In this document: positions 20,401-29,398 of the stretch, one piece after another
Position numbering within the stretch: position 1 is the first letter of the stretch
Layout of the letters: every line of letters begins with the position of its first letter
Virus record (IMG/VR): IMGVR_UViG_3300043449_000929
Location: 95-64,094 of that record
Direction: 5' to 3' (one strand)
DNA length: 64,000 bases
Source of the DNA: a virus
Lineage: Duplodnaviria; Caudoviricetes
The notes under the pieces: generated by a model
Told to the model about the DNA's origin: nothing
Seen by the model: only the letters and a program-made list of their open reading frames with translations
Databases searched by the model: none
Made by a program: the position numbers and the translations under genes

Positions 20401-23400
20401 CATTAGCGACAGCCTTCATTTCAGCTTGGGTGTGTAGCGCGTTCGCCTGCATACGCTGGTTCATGGCGTTGCGCTTTTCACGCTCGACATTCACCGCGTG
20501 AAACTCTGGAACGAGCTTCCCATACATAACGTCATGATGATGCTCAGTCGTGACGTATAGCCCCAGCGCACGAAGCGCCTGCCCGACTTTGCCCTCTTTC
20601 ACAGACCGCGCGAACCGCGCATAGGCGCTATTAACGTCATCCACCGAGCGGAGAGGATGGCCGGAATAATCACGGTCAGGAAGCTTTGGAGGTTCAGGCG
20701 GCTCACCACCTCCACCACCCCCGCCACCACGTGGAGGTTTGCCGCGACCGCCACCGCCAGGAGGGGCCGCAATGATTTCATCAGCCGTGCGAGGCGTCGC
20801 AGCTTCAGGCGGCAACGGCGGAACAGCAGGAGCCTCACCCAGCGGCCCACGTATTGCCGGTGCGCCAGCGGGACGGTCTACGGGCTGCTTCACATTCGGC
20901 GGGTCGGGGAGCCTGACAACACCTTTCGGCGTCTCTACAAACTTCGCCTCTGTCCCACCGACTCTACGGACGATGGCATTTTTCTCTGCTTCCTTGACGA
21001 ACTCAGCCTGAACCTGCCGATACGCGGTAGCGCGAGGATCGCCGGAGCGCTCCATGTCGGAGACAACCAGATCGAACGCCTCTGGATCTTCCTTGATAAA
21101 CTTCTGCGCCTTGACGACATCCTGCTTTAGAACGCGCGACGGGACGGGGGCAGGTGCGCCTTCGGCTGGTTCGGAGAACGCCGACTCAGAGAAGCCAGCA
21201 ACTTCCGGCCCGCCACTAATCTCTGCCTTCGCCCCACGAACAGCGTCTTCCGCGCTAAACTCGCTCGGATTATCTGCCCACAGTTTTGCGGCGCGCGAAA
21301 TTACGTTCTGTTTCTCGTCAGGGAACTGTTCACGGATCGCCTTGCGGTTATCCTTCAGTATTTTCTGATGCTCGGCGTCCGCTTGCTGCGCGTAATATTC
21401 GTGAGCCTGATCCTGATCGGCGGAGGAATACGCCCGCTCGCCGCTGTGCAGAAGATCGACTAGCTCATTCGGGCCGGAACCTTCAGGCAGATAACCCAAC
21501 TCAACCCCAAGGCGCGCGGCTTCGTGAATATCAATTCCACCAAGACCAAGCTGCTCGCGTTCAGCCTTATCGGTAATGTCGTGACGCTCAGCGCGGACCT
21601 GCATCTCGATAGGGTCGGCCCTATGAAGAACTGTCTGCACGCCTTTCTTCGTAACGACCTCATCCTTGTCGCCAACCGGAGCAAGCTTCTCCAAATGGCC
21701 GCGCGTGTCTGGTGTTCCAAAGATACCGCCTTTGGCCTGCAACAGTTCATGAAACGGCTGCGGCTCTGATACGCGCGCTGGCTTTTTCTGCTTTTCGTCT
21801 AGCAACCCCTGGAAAGCAGCAGCCTCGTCCGCGCCGCTATCGCTGATGCGGAGAGAACCACGCTCGTCTTTGGCGAGATTGGAGATTGCTTCGCCAATTT
21901 TACCGAGTGCAGAAGGCTTCGGCGCAACTTCAGCAGCACTTACGGGCTTGCTCTCGCGAACCTTGAAACCCTGATTCAGCGCCATGCTGACTTCGTCAGC
22001 CATCCATCGCTGATCGGTTTCACCGTATTCGCGATGACCAATCGGACCTTTCTCGTCGAACGATGTCATGCGATAGGGCTTGCCCTCCAAGCCGGGGCTT
22101 AGAACAAGCGTCTGACCGTCCTTCTCAAGAATAAGCTTGGGCTTCGGCTGCTTCAGCGCCTCTTCAATAAGAGACTGCGCTTTCGCCCCACGCTCTTTAG
22201 ACGCAGCCATCAGCGCCTGTAGATCGGCCTTCGGCTTCGGCGCTTCAGCCAGCATATCCGGCTGGGCCGTATTCGCTTCATCGAACATGCCGCCAGCGGG
22301 AGCCTGCGCGCGATCCTTGCCAAGCGGCCTTTCGGCCATAAGAGCCATACGATCTTTGTCAGTGACAGGATCGACGCCGTCGATCAGAAGCTGCTCCTTG
22401 CCATCAGCTCCAGTTTCGGAACCAATTTTAAGAGAGCCGCTTTCGTCGCCAAGAACGCCCTTGAATAACTGAAACGCACGTGAACGCAGTGTATCGCCAC
22501 CTTGCTCTGCTGCCGCAATACGCTGATCGAGCGTGCCATCTCGCGCAGCACGTTCAGCCTCAACCATGTATTGGCGAGGAACGTCAGGCGGGGCTACTTC
22601 TTGAGGAGCGGGGGTTTCGCCTTCGTCAAGGAAACTGACGCTACCATCTACAGTTTGCGGACGCGCGGCTGGTTGCTGTTCCGGCTCCAGCATCTGCTTC
22701 GTTACAGCATCAAGATCCTGCGTCGGCGTATTGCCAGACAGCCGCTTGATAACGCGGCCAGCAACTTCGCCAGCACCGCCCATTCCAACGCCACCAATAA
22801 ATCCGGTGACGATGCTATCAAACATATCCTTGGTTTTGTCTTCAGGCGTTACGTCAGGACGGAAGCTATGGCCGATAGCGGTCTGCGCGCCAGTCGCCAG
22901 CGCATTATCGACGCCAACCTTTGCAACGTCCTTTGCTGCGTCTAGCATTGTGCGGCTTGCCATCTGCGAAGCCGTATCTGTCGCAGTCTTGGCGACAGCC
23001 CTACCAAATATACCTGTGGCTGCAGACGGAGCGATAGCGTTCAACGCAGCAGCCGGGACACCCCAGGCCGCAGCACTCTGAGCTTGTTCCTGCGTCGGCT
23101 CGCCAAGACCTTGCGCTTGGTTGCCCTGCCTTACCTGCTCATAGTTATAGCCAACCGCTTGAGGAAGCGCCGCCAACCCGAAACCAAGTCCCGTAGCTGC
23201 CGCCTCCGGCAGAACAGGAGACAAAGCAGCGCCAGCCACAAGACCGCCAGCAATAGGCGCAGCACCGCCCACCAACTGTCCAGCTTGGTTGAGAAGCCAC
23301 GGAGCGGCATTAGACCAACCTCCACCACCCTCTCTCCAAGGCGCTGTTTGAACGGACGGGTTTGCATATTGAGCAGCTTCCGCAGCTTGCTCATCAGCGG

Positions 23401-23587
23401 ATTTTTCCCAATCACGGGCTGTGTCCTGAAAGCCAGCAGCGCGCGCGAGACCAGCTACGCCAGCGTCGAACATCGACTGACCTGTATTCCACCCCTGCTT
23501 CACGCCAGAAGTGAAATTATCGAGCGGCCCCATCTGCTCACGCAGGGTCGGCAGCGGCAGGCGATTTTTATCGAGCGGATATGGCAA
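17408..23587 (-). CDS. Large internal virion / DNA ejection protein
   Basis: 2059 aa, helical, position in head-tail arm; YSHLMRQG resembles the PLxRFG motif. Confidence 0.7.
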   Translation of the reverse strand: MPYPLDKNRLPLPTLREQMGPLDNFTSGVKQGWNTGQSMFDAGVAGLARAAGFQDTARDWEKSADEQAAEAAQYANPSVQTAPWREGGGGWSNAAPWLLNQAGQLVGGAAPIAGGLVAGAALSPVLPEAAATGLGFGLAALPQAVGYNYEQVRQGNQAQGLGEPTQEQAQSAAAWGVPAAALNAIAPSAATGIFGRAVAKTATDTASQMASRTMLDAAKDVAKVGVDNALATGAQTAIGHSFRPDVTPEDKTKDMFDSIVTGFIGGVGMGGAGEVAGRVIKRLSGNTPTQDLDAVTKQMLEPEQQPAARPQTVDGSVSFLDEGETPAPQEVAPPDVPRQYMVEAERAARDGTLDQRIAAAEQGGDTLRSRAFQLFKGVLGDESGSLKIGSETGADGKEQLLIDGVDPVTDKDRMALMAERPLGKDRAQAPAGGMFDEANTAQPDMLAEAPKPKADLQALMAASKERGAKAQSLIEEALKQPKPKLILEKDGQTLVLSPGLEGKPYRMTSFDEKGPIGHREYGETDQRWMADEVSMALNQGFKVRESKPVSAAEVAPKPSALGKIGEAISNLAKDERGSLRISDSGADEAAAFQGLLDEKQKKPARVSEPQPFHELLQAKGGIFGTPDTRGHLEKLAPVGDKDEVVTKKGVQTVLHRADPIEMQVRAERHDITDKAEREQLGLGGIDIHEAARLGVELGYLPEGSGPNELVDLLHSGERAYSSADQDQAHEYYAQQADAEHQKILKDNRKAIREQFPDEKQNVISRAAKLWADNPSEFSAEDAVRGAKAEISGGPEVAGFSESAFSEPAEGAPAPVPSRVLKQDVVKAQKFIKEDPEAFDLVVSDMERSGDPRATAYRQVQAEFVKEAEKNAIVRRVGGTEAKFVETPKGVVRLPDPPNVKQPVDRPAGAPAIRGPLGEAPAVPPLPPEAATPRTADEIIAAPPGGGGRGKPPRGGGGGGGGEPPEPPKLPDRDYSGHPLRSVDDVNSAYARFARSVKEGKVGQALRALGLYVTTEHHHDVMYGKLVPEFHAVNVEREKRNAMNQRMQANALHTQAEMKAVANDRAARAAFDSALKVEAAHQLGIDPSVPWERQTPRVRNEGGRYRDIYDKAREAYTTVSKDPKASSVLENMRAQYETNFSMPAAAVLYRYLKRNKNMKEESNADLLARLVSPAHELLNNPDADMSPNGAMTHAVSSLNDLTQIAKELLSRLPEVTKKEIAKDSLGNDYIKETKVSADPQLQEYVDNIESNKGRLKDTVYSHLMRQGKHGLSFTIATDGEGMILPEALKAVQDAVKADGFNVVIDPLSHQPDVFIRSDNTAQIANLKRTIIKLSEAGAVQKDNIKSGDMDLFNKSGSASRLVEKMIQELEASDEFTPPEGASSRMAEALKRKKDDQITMLRNMAIHFMPDASAAKSQLHRQYVAGFEADPFRALAKQSIEVAQHFSNLLGTDEVNDRLGDFKKVWEASKNVDHRLHEYEQTIAALYNHAMGREEDRQLNLSGSWQDMIQSMVFSKMLGFNLSTAILQPLQVATYGIPELSKKVGYMKAATAVAASTEDAYKVMRAVWSEAWNAGGLAITDMPITTEALRRARLDDENTRFAINVINRGHVDTGGINRSLGHIANARLDGGKFERGIDSYTRSASMMGYYAETFTRVQMALAAKKVFEQRHGKAEFGTPAWDKMVDYAGHTIDEALFNYGNDNRALMTANGPKGLFGNTTKLAFVFQSYWMMAAEKMYREMHAIVSHAPGATPEEAAIARKEAWRFMLGHAAATAAVAGALGLPGMAVFSAIYDKLHDKVKPEAGPYDMKQSFANFLEVTFGHSIGDALAHGPSRLLGMDVSGRTSEADFAPVPSFLLDRGPMAPAMKKWAASRMGAGESVVEELARGYDKYNNGDLIGAVASLFPAGGRNMILAGQQAASGTYRDNRGRVIPNAKVTPTGVAVQAIGFKPQPLAREQESDQALRRYDTTMDYESGILVNRMLKAKRDGDRVSYNRMLPEARKFERDHPGHSIVDRVEDTYKREFKERDKALKTGVPHTRWTKDKRRTQMIQPYIDSLPKQ

Positions 23588-23590
23588 CTA

Positions 23591-24937
23591 TCACTGTCCC
23601 GAAGTGAAGTATTTACCGTTGTATGTCATGCCCGTAAGCTTTGAGATGTAGTCCTCAACATCTGCATACGGAGACTGCTTGCCAGAAGCCAGATAGGCGC
23701 TGACGAGGTCAGGATACCGACGCCTTGCGTTGGCGATTTTAATATCGTTAGGTATTCCAGGCGCGGGATCAAATAAGGCTTCCTGAACCGCCTTCTCACG
23801 CTGGCTTATCATGTCGGCCTTGTCTTCAGCCGTGTTGCCTTCTTTCGGATAATGGACATAGCGCGGGTCATATTCCTCGCGGACAATGCCGCGATTAGAG
23901 TCGCCGGGACCGCCGCGAGTCGCCTCAAGAGCGGCCATCGCATTACGGTCATGCAACTGCGTGGCGCGATAGCGATCCACATTCGACAGTTCCCGCGCGC
24001 GGTTCTCTAGCTCCATCGAACGCTGAACCTGCGCGTTGTAGTTCTGCTCAGCCGTAGTCAGCGGCAGCTTGTATGGGTTGTTAGCGCCGCCAGCCACCAC
24101 TTCGCTGAACTTCGGAACTCCCTTGAAGCGTTCAGGGTAAAGTTCCGATAGACGCTGGCCGTTCTGCAGAACAGGAGCGACAACGGGGCGACCAGCAGCA
24201 TTCGCGGCAGGAGGCGTGGCGGCTGGAGTATTGGTAGCAGCCGGAGCCGCTTCATTCGGCCTGACATAAGACGCGAACGCCGTCTTGAATGGCGTGTTGC
24301 CTATGCCAGCACCCTGCTTGAACTCGTTGTAGCCAGCGCCAACCTCATTAGCTACGCCACCGATAGCCGTTAGAGGCGCATCCCAAACAGCCTGCTTAAC
24401 AGCGCCAGCAGCCGAACCTGCTGCTCGTGCGTAGTTGCCTTCCTGCGCATTGGTAATGGCGCTTTGGACATACGGCAGAAACGTCTTGCCCGCGATGTCG
24501 CCAGCGTATCGGGAGAAAGCGCTTGGCGTGGAATCGACCGGCTGCATGACAGCAGGCGGCTGACCGTAGGACACATCCGGCTGCGGAACCGGGAGAGCCG
24601 GAGGAGTGTCGCGGCTGCGAAGAACCGGGAAGCTGGAGGTAATGGCAGGTGGTCGGGTCGGGGTGGGCTGTATGCGTAAATTCCAATAAGAGGGGTCTTC
24701 AAAAGTCTCCCCGTCGAGACTGTCAGCAACAGGCAAACCACGCATCGGATTATTGGGAGAAAGTGGGAGCAGCTTTAGCGGCAAGGCTTTCGGCGCAGGT
24801 TCAGCGTCTGGAACGGCGCGATCCATGCGCATGTTCATAGTCGCGCGGTCTGCTGGCGACATGCGACCGCCGCCAAATGAATTAGGATCTACAAAAGGCT
24901 CGAAGGACGGAAGATTGTTGTAATAACCCATCATCAA
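23591..24937 (-). CDS. Putative internal virion protein
   Basis: 448-aa Pro/Ala-rich ORF directly upstream of the giant virion gene. Confidence 0.6.
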   Translation of the reverse strand: MMMGYYNNLPSFEPFVDPNSFGGGRMSPADRATMNMRMDRAVPDAEPAPKALPLKLLPLSPNNPMRGLPVADSLDGETFEDPSYWNLRIQPTPTRPPAITSSFPVLRSRDTPPALPVPQPDVSYGQPPAVMQPVDSTPSAFSRYAGDIAGKTFLPYVQSAITNAQEGNYARAAGSAAGAVKQAVWDAPLTAIGGVANEVGAGYNEFKQGAGIGNTPFKTAFASYVRPNEAAPAATNTPAATPPAANAAGRPVVAPVLQNGQRLSELYPERFKGVPKFSEVVAGGANNPYKLPLTTAEQNYNAQVQRSMELENRARELSNVDRYRATQLHDRNAMAALEATRGGPGDSNRGIVREEYDPRYVHYPKEGNTAEDKADMISQREKAVQEALFDPAPGIPNDIKIANARRRYPDLVSAYLASGKQSPYADVEDYISKLTGMTYNGKYFTSGQ

Positions 24938-24987
24938 ACCTCACGCGGGATGTTGGTATCGTAATACCACCCCGCTACGAGGCGCGT

Positions 24988-25761
24988 CTAATAAGCGTCC
25001 CTAACCCAAGAGAAGCCGTTCTTGCCGAAACCCCACGGCGACGGGGCAAACATCTTGCGCATGGCGTTGTCGCGCGCGAGCTTCACGTTCTCCTCGAACG
25101 ACGCCTTGAACCGCTCCGCAAGCGCTGGCATTCCGCCATCCACATCCACGATACGCAGCGCGAGGTAAGCGGCCCAGTCTAGCATCTCAAGATGGTGATC
25201 GACTGGGATCTCTGGCACAGCCGCCATATTCGCCGTTGTCAAATCATCGACCGGCATACGGATAACGCGGAGATTAATAAGCTTGGTGTTGTAGTCGGAG
25301 CTAGGCGTCGGATAGACGCGGAGCGTCACGGCAGACACGGAGTCATAGTCGTCCGTGCTGAGATATTCGTCTGTCGCAAACGCCAGCGGCTTGCCATCCG
25401 GCATCGTCGATAGCTGAGACGGGTCGAAGAAATATGTGTCAGGAACACGATACGTATCCAACGCCGCGTGACCGCCTCGCGCCAGATCGGCTTTGTCGTC
25501 CTGGTAGCGGGCCGACATGACAGCCAGAATGCTCGGATCGAGGGCGTATTCGTTGACGCCCGTCTGAAGCGTCACCTTCGTAACGTCAGAAGTTCCATCT
25601 CGGATAATCAGCCCACGGCGCGCGAAACGCCGCTGGGCTTCGTTGATCATTGTCACAAGCGTTTCCGTAGACCACAAATAGTCTGGTGTCCCGGCAACCC
25701 TATCAGACCTGTCGTAAAGAATGTTATTTTTCAAATAATCGACAAGCTGTTGCAGAGTCAT
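24988..25761 (-). CDS. Putative head-tail adaptor / tail tubular protein A-like
   Basis: MTLQQL...YLWS...INEAQ...PEIP..HH..LDWAAY pattern. Confidence 0.7.
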   Translation of the reverse strand: MTLQQLVDYLKNNILYDRSDRVAGTPDYLWSTETLVTMINEAQRRFARRGLIIRDGTSDVTKVTLQTGVNEYALDPSILAVMSARYQDDKADLARGGHAALDTYRVPDTYFFDPSQLSTMPDGKPLAFATDEYLSTDDYDSVSAVTLRVYPTPSSDYNTKLINLRVIRMPVDDLTTANMAAVPEIPVDHHLEMLDWAAYLALRIVDVDGGMPALAERFKASFEENVKLARDNAMRKMFAPSPWGFGKNGFSWVRDAY

Positions 25762-26588
25762 TTCAGCACCCGTTTCGGACGTACCAGCGCATCACCACAT
25801 ACGCCTCGCTTGGTTCTGTCAAATATCAATGCCTTCCCAATTCCATATTTTTCTGACAGTTCGCTCACCGTCAAAAGCTCACCATTAACAAGGTAGCGTT
25901 TAACACTTAAAAGCCTCTTGTTGTCTTTTGACCACGGCTTGCGTTCTTGCCTAAGCTTGGCGTGCAACGGCGCTATTAGTTCTTCACCAATTAATCCGCG
26001 TTCTATGCGTCTATTTATCGTCCACTGCTTGAAACCATATTTCTCGGCAACTTGATGGCGAGTGAGCATTTCACCACGAACTTCATAAAGCTTGCGAGTT
26101 GCCTCGTTCATGCGTTCAATATTCGCCAAGACAGCTTCAGGATTATTCCTGTAGTATTTTTGCTTTCCTTCGCGAAGACTACGCTTATATTCTGGCGTGT
26201 GCCTTATAGACGAAAAAACGTCCCGTCTGCGGCCTAAAGCATATTCCTGCTTCAATCTCTCCGAATGACGCTTCCCAACGTCTGGAGAATGCCTACAGCC
26301 AAGGCAAGATCCAGCAGTCGGGCTTGTATTAAATTCCGGCCTGTAAAGATCAATTACAGACTGCTCGTACATTACGCAATCTTCTGGACGGCAAACGATT
26401 ACAATTTCAAATCTGAAAGCATCTTCACCATATTTATTCCATGCTCGCTGCATGTACTTTGAATGGTGCTTGCTGTTGCGAAGCTGTGATAGATGCGTCC
26501 TGAACCTATGTTTCAGCGACTTAGCAGAACTGCCAACATAACGCTTGCCCGTAGGTAAGCAGGTGATCACATAAACGCCAGCATTCAT
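25758..26588 (-). CDS. Free-standing GIY-YIG homing endonuclease
   Basis: GVYVI...RYVGSS...R..H...H.S..MQRAWNKYG; repeated C-terminal HTH-like modules; more AT-rich than flanks. Confidence 0.9.
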   Translation of the reverse strand: MNAGVYVITCLPTGKRYVGSSAKSLKHRFRTHLSQLRNSKHHSKYMQRAWNKYGEDAFRFEIVIVCRPEDCVMYEQSVIDLYRPEFNTSPTAGSCLGCRHSPDVGKRHSERLKQEYALGRRRDVFSSIRHTPEYKRSLREGKQKYYRNNPEAVLANIERMNEATRKLYEVRGEMLTRHQVAEKYGFKQWTINRRIERGLIGEELIAPLHAKLRQERKPWSKDNKRLLSVKRYLVNGELLTVSELSEKYGIGKALIFDRTKRGVCGDALVRPKRVLK

Positions 26589-26608
26589 GTGACCACCATA
26601 GCACAATC

Positions 26609-26941
26609 TTACTTAACGATCCGGTAGCCGAAACGATGACGCGGACGATAATCAACCGTCTGCTTCGTGGAAGGATCGACAACAGGACGCGACTCTACAG
26701 CGTTATCCAAAATGTCGATAATGCCAATCGGCACTTCCGCTATCTCGCCAGGACGCAGGATGTAGCTCTTGTCATTCAACCCAAAGAACTGACCAGTCGG
26801 AGGAATGTTCTCATTCTCTTCAAGAATGATCTTCACCTTTTCCTCTTGAACCGGCTCAACTGACTTCACCTCTTCCCGGTGAAGCGGCGGGCGACCGCGA
26901 CCGCGCTTGATCTCGTCGCCGCCGTTTTCTAATTCAGTCAT
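26609..26941 (-). CDS. Conserved phage hypothetical protein
   Basis: IILEENENIPPTGQFFGLN...; start approximate. Confidence 0.65.
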   Translation of the reverse strand: MTELENGGDEIKRGRGRPPLHREEVKSVEPVQEEKVKIILEENENIPPTGQFFGLNDKSYILRPGEIAEVPIGIIDILDNAVESRPVVDPSTKQTVDYRPRHRFGYRIVK

Positions 26942-27170
26942 CATCCATCTCTTCGACCGCATCGTCGAACGCTGAGTCATATTCTTCAGCGGGGAGTGCC
27001 TTGTCGAGATTCTTGGTCAGGAAACCCAGAACCTCATCAATCGTCTTGAAGACGTATTCCTTGCGACGATCTACGTAGAGATCGCCCTTCCCTTTGGAGA
27101 TGGCGGGGTCAGAGACTTCCACCTCGTAGCCATTGGCTACACGCTCAATAACTACGCGACAGTCACCCAT
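26934..27170 (-). CDS. Hypothetical protein
   Basis: 78-aa ORF in head operon, RBS present. Confidence 0.65.
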   Translation of the reverse strand: MGDCRVVIERVANGYEVEVSDPAISKGKGDLYVDRRKEYVFKTIDEVLGFLTKNLDKALPAEEYDSAFDDAVEEMDDD

Positions 27171-27186
27171 AACCCCGCCCCCTTAG

Positions 27187-27615
27187 TTAGTTCTTCACGA
27201 CGAGGAACGACACTTTGACAGTGCCATTCAGCGCAACAGACGCATGTCCATTGCGAACCTTAATCACCACAGAACCAGCCGCAGGAGCGACAGTCGTGAT
27301 GTAAGGCATAGCCGTCGTGTTCGTACCGTTCTGAACAGAAGCGAAAACCTGATCAGCAGCGGCGATAGCCGAGTTGGTCAGGGTCAGCGTGTATTCAGCA
27401 CCAGAAGCCGTTGTGAGCGACTCCGAGGTGATGACGCCAGCGTTCTTGTTCAGAGTGGCAGCGCCAGCCGTAGCTGTCGCCGTCTTAGTGCCGGTGTCCA
27501 CGGCAATGCTCGTCGGATTAGCAGCGCCATACTGTTCAGCCAGCATGGCGGCAACTTTCGAGAGCGTAACGTGTTCCGGTTCGTTGCCAGTAAGATCGAG
27601 CGGCTGAAAAGCCAT
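27187..27615 (-). CDS. Putative capsid decoration / head fibre protein
   Basis: Ala/Thr-rich beta protein downstream of capsid gene; GGAGGG RBS. Confidence 0.6.
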   Translation of the reverse strand: MAFQPLDLTGNEPEHVTLSKVAAMLAEQYGAANPTSIAVDTGTKTATATAGAATLNKNAGVITSESLTTASGAEYTLTLTNSAIAAADQVFASVQNGTNTTAMPYITTVAPAAGSVVIKVRNGHASVALNGTVKVSFLVVKN

Positions 27616-27631
27616 CTTCGCACCCTCCCTA

Positions 27632-27949
27632 TTAAACGGTGGCGAAGAAGGTGATCACCTTCGAGTTACCGACAAGAGTGGCCGACAGGGTCACAGTGCC
27701 ATCAGAGTTGATGACAATGGCCGAGCCGGTATCAACGGTGACTGCCGGAACGCCGGTCGTCTTCAGAGTCTTCGTGGACGAAGAAACGCTGAAGGCTTCC
27801 CAGACAATCGTGTCAGTCTCGTTGATGACCTTGACGTAGTTCGGCTTGAAGCCGAGCGTCAGGGTCTGCGCGTTGTTGTCCGAAGTGAACGAGCCAACAA
27901 CCGAGTTCAGAACACCGCCAGAACGGGCGGAATAAGTAACGGTAGCCAT
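27632..27949 (-). CDS. Putative minor capsid / cement protein
   Basis: Directly follows capsid gene; LGFKPNYVKVIN motif. Confidence 0.6.
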   Translation of the reverse strand: MATVTYSARSGGVLNSVVGSFTSDNNAQTLTLGFKPNYVKVINETDTIVWEAFSVSSSTKTLKTTGVPAVTVDTGSAIVINSDGTVTLSATLVGNSKVITFFATV

Positions 27950-27965
27950 TAGTTACCCCTCCCTA

Positions 27966-29293
27966 TTAAGCGGTGGCGAGAACTTCCAAACGAGCCATCC
28001 AGGCATCGTTCAGAATGACGGTCGTGGTGTAGAGCTTCCAACCAACGGTGCCGCGCTGAGCCAGCGGATCGCCAGCAGCAGGCTTCGGATTCACAACCAT
28101 CGGCGTCATGCTCGACTTGCCCTTCAGCGGGACAATGCCAAAGGCATCGCGACCGAAGACAAGGATCGGGTAAACGTCTGGATAGCTGGAAGCCGTCGAA
28201 CGGTAGGTCGTGGTAGACGCGCCACCCGAAGTCGCCGCGTCCGTAAACGGAGCGATGATCGTCGAAGTGAGGAAGCGGATCTGTTCGACCGAACCGATCT
28301 CACCGGGAAGCGGCGATGTATGCGGGCCGTAATCCGCAACCGCCTTGAAGCCCGCGAGCGAACGAATGTCCGTTTCGAGGTCAGGGTGGCAAACCGCAAA
28401 GTAAGCACGCTCGACAGACTTCGTGTTGTAGTCAGCGGAAGAACCGATGACCTGCGAAATCTTCTGCGCGTTCTGACGGTTCAGGCCAGTCGCAACACGG
28501 CGAAGGTCAGCAAGCGACAGAGCAGAAGCAAGCAACTGACGGTTTGCAACCTTGTTCGCGTAGAAGACGTTGGTACCCGCCTTCAGCACATTATATCTGA
28601 GCGTCTCTACTGTAGACGCAGCGGATTCACCGAGAACATCAGTGGCCTGCTCAAGCACCGAGTCGGTGTGAGTGTCCATGATGACATCAGTGATGGTGAT
28701 GTAGTCACCATACTGAGCGACAGTCGCCGTGTAGTCCTGATTGGCGAGCTTGTTGCCAACAGGGGTCACGCCTTCAACCAGCGGGGTCGTCGCCAGCGGG
28801 ATGAAGAACGGGTTAGACGCCGAGCCGGAACCAGCAGAGCCGGTCGCGCCGCTAAGGAAATAGCGACGGAACTTGGCAGTCTGAGTGCTGTTGGTCGGGA
28901 GCGGATACGCCTGACCGAATTGCTCAAGCTGAAGGAGGGGCAAACCGCGCTTCAGCATTTTCACAACGGACCCTTACATCTTCACCATTGGTCGCTAATC
29001 AATGATCGCTTCTGTTATGAAGCTGCTGCGTGTTTCCACGCAGAAGAGACTATATCTTCACCCTCTTTCGAGGGGCTGGGAGCTTCGGACCGCTTGGCCC
29101 TACGAGTCGCTACACTCTAGTCGTTACACCTTACTGCATACGCAGTCTTGGCTCGGTATTGCCCTCGTCATTACACGTTAGGGTGTTCACCGACTTCACC
29201 CAGTCACACTACGCGATTGCTCGCGCACGGCCCCAGTCAGATTAAGGCAGCAACCGCAGGCGAAATATCGCCGTAAGCGGTAATCTGAGCCAT
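27966..29293 (-). CDS. Major capsid protein, N4-gp56 family; spliced join(29293..29245, 28972..27966)
   Basis: Exon 1 MAQITAYGDISPAVAA with GGAG RBS; exon 2 has KFRRY, PLVEGVTP, QYGD, GEIGSVE, DPLAQRGTVGWK, ILNDAWMARLEV. Confidence 0.92.
28973..29244 (-). ncRNA. Group I intron (272 nt, no ORF, IA-like)
   Basis: Exon ends in U, intron ends in G; P7 GACUA/UAGUC with GAAGAUAUAGUC; P2, P8, P9 GNRA-capped hairpins; removal restores capsid frame. Confidence 0.92.
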
Positions 29294-29398
29294 GATGGCT
29301 ATCTCCAAGCAAGGTTGATTGAGGCAGCTCTCAATTCAGATCCCGCTTGCTTGGGCGATTGGCTGCGTGCGGTATCTATATACCACAACAATTAGCTG

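Noticed and set aside
17408-23587. N4-like virion RNA polymerase recognising the hairpins as promoters
   Set aside because: No T7/N4 polymerase motifs visible, protein is much shorter than N4 vRNAP, and the early operon has a normal sigma70 promoter
29030-29245. Small plus-strand ORF inside the intron
   Set aside because: Antisense to the ribozyme core with no nuclease motif
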